64,000 nucleotides of DNA from Spirochaetota bacterium (GTDB lineage: Bacteria; Spirochaetota; UBA4802; JAFGDQ01). The translations under genes were made by a program, and so were the position numbers. The DNA lies in assembly GCA_043803405.1 (NCBI GenBank), contig JAZDKB010000048.1:1-64000 (forward strand), given 5' to 3'. Position 1 is the stretch's first letter, and every line of letters starts with the position of its first letter. Shown piece after piece: positions 60,616 through 64,000 of this stretch. The notes beneath the pieces were generated by a model. The model made no database searches and was not told where the DNA came from. It was given only the letters and a program-made list of their open reading frames with translations.

Positions 60616-61764
60616 ATGTCAAAGGTCGCTTTTATCCGGTGTGAAAGCTATGAATACGGCGAAGTCCGTAAAGCTGTTCAAAGGGGCATAGATCTTATCG
60701 GTGGAGCAGGGAGATTTGTCCGCAAGGGACAGAAAGTGCTTCTTAAACCGAACCTTCTTGTCGGCGAAGCGCCGGAAAAGTGTGTCACTACTCATCCGTC
60801 CGTTTTTAAAGCTGCTGCGGAAATATTTATTGCTCAAGGAGCACTTATAAGCTGGGGCGATTCACCTGCGATCGGGAACATGCGCGGAGCAGCAAAAAAG
60901 AGCGGGATACTGGCTGTGGCAGATGAGCTTGGCATTACAGAGGCAGACTTCAAAACAGGTGCTGATGTGTTTTTCGAAAATGGGATTCAGAACAGGAAGT
61001 TTGTAATTGCTAAAGCCGTTCTGGAAAGCGACATTGTTATCAGCCTTCCGAAGCTCAAGACCCACGCCTTTGAACGATTTACAGGATGCATAAAAAACCA
61101 GTTCGGATGCGTGCCAGGAATGCTTAAAGGCGAGTATCATATTAAACTGCCGGATGCGGACGACTTTGCTAAAATGCTCGTCGATCTGAACAATCTTGTG
61201 CATCCTGTCCTGTACATTATGGATGGTGTTTGCGCTATGGAAGGCAACGGCCCCCGCGGAGGCGTACCCAGGAAAATGAACGTTATTCTAATATCCGACG
61301 ACCCTGTTGCTGTTGACGCTACAGTATGCAGACTCATCAACCTTGATCCTGAATATGTTCCAACAATTAAATTCGGATATCAGGCAGGAACAGGCACGTA
61401 CAAAGATGATGAAATTGAACTCGTTGGAGACGAATTCGATAGCTTTAAACAGTACGATTTTAACATAAGCAGGCTGCCTCTTAAGCCTTTTAAGGATAAA
61501 GGCCTGCTAAGGTTTATCAGCAACCGCTTTGTGCCAAGGCCGTATATTATAGAAAGCAAATGCGTAAAATGCGGAGTATGCGTAAACATGTGTCCCACAA
61601 ATCCAAAGTCCGTTGACTGGGTTAGGGGAGAAAAAAAAACCCCGCCTGTGCATAATTACAAAACCTGTATACGATGCTTTTGCTGCCAGGAGCTTTGCCC
61701 GGAGAGTGCTATTGAGCTAAAGTATCCGTTTTTGAGAAGACTGTTTGGAAAGAATGCCGGGTGA
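60616..61764 (+). CDS. DUF362 domain Fe-S protein with C-terminal 2x[4Fe-4S]
   Basis: VLLKPN, TTHP, PKLKTH, KNQFG, MEGNGP, DPVAVD, CVKCGVC..CP, CIRCFCCQELCP. Confidence 0.9.
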   Translation: MSKVAFIRCESYEYGEVRKAVQRGIDLIGGAGRFVRKGQKVLLKPNLLVGEAPEKCVTTHPSVFKAAAEIFIAQGALISWGDSPAIGNMRGAAKKSGILAVADELGITEADFKTGADVFFENGIQNRKFVIAKAVLESDIVISLPKLKTHAFERFTGCIKNQFGCVPGMLKGEYHIKLPDADDFAKMLVDLNNLVHPVLYIMDGVCAMEGNGPRGGVPRKMNVILISDDPVAVDATVCRLINLDPEYVPTIKFGYQAGTGTYKDDEIELVGDEFDSFKQYDFNISRLPLKPFKDKGLLRFISNRFVPRPYIIESKCVKCGVCVNMCPTNPKSVDWVRGEKKTPPVHNYKTCIRCFCCQELCPESAIELKYPFLRRLFGKNAG

Positions 61765-61820
61765 GTAAGTTTAGATCATTACATTACCTTATACATTAGT
61801 GAATATCAGTGAATTAAAAA

Positions 61821-61996
61821 AGGGGTTGTTTCAAAAGAATGCCACGGAGACACTGAGACACAGAGATTAATAATTATTTTAAGAAATAGTTTAAAATATT
61901 ATAAATATATTTTACAATAAAACAACCTTATTCGAGTAAAAATCCTTTGTGTCTCTGAGCCTCAGTGGTATTCTTTTTATTATGAGATGGCCCCCT
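61821..61996. repeat. composite inverted-repeat element (outer TIR-like ends, inner CACAGAG/CTCTGTG-type arms)
   Basis: AGGGGTTGTTTCAAAA / TATGAGATGGCCCCCT outside; GAATGCCACGGAGACACTGAGACACAGAG / CTTTGTGTCTCTGAGCCTCAGTGGTATTC inside. Confidence 0.7.
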
Positions 61997-62067
61997 CTTG
62001 GTTAACAAATACAGTTTTACGTGTTTAAATAAGTTTTCAATCAGCGTGATTTGCTTTCCCCTATAAT

Positions 62068-62739
62068 TTAAAATACGTCTCCGCCGATCCTGAATATAAC
62101 GCTGACATCAACAAAGGCTTCTTTCATTTTACCGGTAACATCATAGTCCTGATCAATTGTACCAGATGTGTTTGCCATGGTTGCCCAGCCGCCGTGCCAG
62201 CTGTATCTGTAACCTCCATCAATTGCCAGTGTAAATACATCGCCCATATTGAAATTAACTCCCGCTATTATTCCTAAGGCAAAGAAAACAGTGCCGAATT
62301 CATTTGTATCATTGTAAAGATCATTGTCATATTCTCCATCAATAAAACCGAATCCGATCTGAGGGCCTAGCCATATCCTAACAGGCTCGCTTCTGAATAC
62401 ACCAAAACCGAAACTGTTGTAGCAGTGATAGTCCCAGCCTTTTATATCAGAACCGGTATCATTATCAATTTTAATTTTTGAATAACCAATATGAAGACGA
62501 TAGTTAAACAACCTGTCATAAGCAAGATTTGAATCCAGAATAAATCCACCCCCTATTTTCGATACATCGGATTTAACATCGTACTCACCGTAAGGATATT
62601 CCTGATCTTCGTACGTCCAGTCTGCGGTTCCTTTTGCGCCTGTTCCGTAAAGACCAAGGCCGAACGCAAAGAGTGAAGATGAGAACATTAAAACGCTTGC
62701 TGCTGCAAAAGCAGTGATAATGAAGTGTCTGATTTTCAT
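62068..62739 (-). CDS. outer-membrane beta-barrel protein
   Basis: Signal peptide, alternating aromatic strands, LFNYRLHIGY, RIWLGPQIG; AAGGAG RBS. Confidence 0.7.
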   Translation of the reverse strand: MKIRHFIITAFAAASVLMFSSSLFAFGLGLYGTGAKGTADWTYEDQEYPYGEYDVKSDVSKIGGGFILDSNLAYDRLFNYRLHIGYSKIKIDNDTGSDIKGWDYHCYNSFGFGVFRSEPVRIWLGPQIGFGFIDGEYDNDLYNDTNEFGTVFFALGIIAGVNFNMGDVFTLAIDGGYRYSWHGGWATMANTSGTIDQDYDVTGKMKEAFVDVSVIFRIGGDVF

Positions 62740-62968
62740 GCTTTTTTCTCCTTGAAATTATTATTTTTATTTCCCGTAACTGCCAGAGTGTTTTTTTTTG
62801 TTTTGTATGGAATGATAATAATTATATCCCGGCAGATACTTTTTTTCTAATAAAAAATTAATTTAATTTAAATGCAACTAAAAAAAATCTAACAAATTCA
62901 TTTATAATAATTATATATGTTTCTGTTATTTATTTATTTTTTTTATTTAACACTTGGGGTTAAACAGC

Positions 62969-62997
62969 TTGACACTTTACAAATACTTATTTAAGAT
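62969..62997 (+). promoter_or_regulatory. sigma70-like promoter of hicAB (probably leaderless)
   Basis: TTGACA-17 bp-TAAGAT, 8 bp before the hicA ATG, no SD. Confidence 0.5.
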
Positions 62998-63005
62998 TTT
63001 ATTTT

Positions 63006-63272
63006 ATGAGCAGCTATGCTAAATTATTAGTTAAAATACTCCAAGGAAGATCGGATGCTAATATTGGATTTACTGATCTGTGTTTTTTATTAAAAAAATT
63101 AAAGTTTGATGAACGCATCCGCGGCGATCATCATATTTTTACAAAATTTGATATTGAAGAAATAATTAATCTGCAACCGATAAGTTCAAAAGCCAAACCA
63201 TATCAGGTTAAACAGGTACGCAGCTTAATAATCCGCTATGGATTGACACAGGAGGAAAAGGATGAACAATAA
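63006..63272 (+). CDS. hicA: type II toxin HicA family
   Basis: F.DL..LL..L.F..RIRGDHHIF, INLQP....AKPYQVKQV. Confidence 0.88.
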   Translation: MSSYAKLLVKILQGRSDANIGFTDLCFLLKKLKFDERIRGDHHIFTKFDIEEIINLQPISSKAKPYQVKQVRSLIIRYGLTQEEKDEQ

Positions 63273-63474
63273 ATATGAAATTATAATCTATTGGAGTAAA
63301 GAAGACAACATGTTTATTGCTGAGGTTCCGGAATTGCCCGGATGTATGGCTGACGGAAAAACACATAAGGAAGCGCTTGCAAATGTTGAACTTATAATAC
63401 AGGAATGGATCGATACAGCTAAAGAATTAAAGCGGTCTATACCTCAGGCTAAAGGCAAATTGATGTATGCTTAA
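63262..63474 (+). CDS. hicB: type II antitoxin HicB family (short)
   Basis: YEIIIYWSKED..FIAEVPELPGCMADG.T..EAL. Confidence 0.9.
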   Translation: MNNKYEIIIYWSKEDNMFIAEVPELPGCMADGKTHKEALANVELIIQEWIDTAKELKRSIPQAKGKLMYA

Positions 63475-63640
63475 CAGATAATTGCTCTATCCTCTTTACG
63501 CCCCTGTTAAAAAAATTAAAATCCGAAAGCAGATTAATAAGAACCCATCTTAAAAAATTTTGTAATGAATTTTATCTTATCAGTAAACAAAATCTATTTT
63601 TAAGTTAATTTGTAACTAATTTTCGAATGGAGAACACAAA

Positions 63641-64000
63641 ATGAAAAGAATATTAGCCGTCTTTATTCTGTCCATGCTTGCGTTGCTGGCTGGGCTGGCA
63701 GCGTGCGGCAGTTCATCGAACATGAAAGAAAGCAGCCGCAAGCCTAATTTTAATCCGGGAAAGAACAGCGCTACGCTGGTCATCATCAGGGCGCGTCCTT
63801 TCCCGATCGTCGGGCCGATCTCCAATTATCTCGACAACAGATTTATCGGCGAGACGACAACAAAGACATATTTTTCTACTTTAGTGAAACCTGGATTGCG
63901 CTACGTAATTGCCGATGCGGAAAACCTAACAGTTATACGGATGAATTTCAGGGCAGGAAGAATATATTATCTTTACCAGGATATATCATCGGGAGCGTGG
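63641..64000 (+). CDS. DUF2846-like lipoprotein, truncated by the window end
   Basis: Manual translation MKRILAVFILSMLALLAGLAAC...LVIIR...YLD..FIGET...YF...VKPG; GGAGA RBS; open to the end of the window. Confidence 0.65.
   Translation, partial: MKRILAVFILSMLALLAGLAACGSSSNMKESSRKPNFNPGKNSATLVIIRARPFPIVGPISNYLDNRFIGETTTKTYFSTLVKPGLRYVIADAENLTVIRMNFRAGRIYYLYQDISSGAW

Noticed and set aside
63616..63825. 69-aa minus-strand ORF
   Set aside because: Antisense to the lipoprotein gene starting at 63641

Overview
Chromosomal window from an anaerobic, diderm, AT-rich bacterium, most likely a free-living spirochaete (inferred from a P83/100-family protein, a DUF1577-like PilZ/GAF protein and an spdEFG1-type EF-G). 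Housekeeping genes include a stand-alone PurH N-terminal domain, cobO, a two-subunit Fe-S fumarase, eno, ftsB, typA, aat, lysA, fusA, mutS2, proC, yggS, rsmA and glnA. A metal/cofactor uptake island (about 10.9-27 kb) holds a Zn-type OM receptor/SBP/permease operon behind a CxxC + KAPP leader ORF, a NikR regulon (TonB receptor, and an ECF transporter with an embedded methyltransferase, both with GTAACAC-N13 operators) and a BtuFCD-like ABC system. The window also has a minimal SufCB pair and two type II toxin-antitoxin modules. The best candidate for an uncharacterised system is the operon at 32.7-38.8 kb: a four-subunit 2-oxoacid:ferredoxin oxidoreductase followed directly by a HydABC/Bfu-type module whose A subunit has no catalytic domain. 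Intergenic DNA carries a family of MITE-like elements and C(GAA)G-loop hairpins, one pair showing compensatory changes. No rRNA, tRNA, CRISPR array or intact transposase was seen. All calls come from reading motifs by eye; no searches were run.
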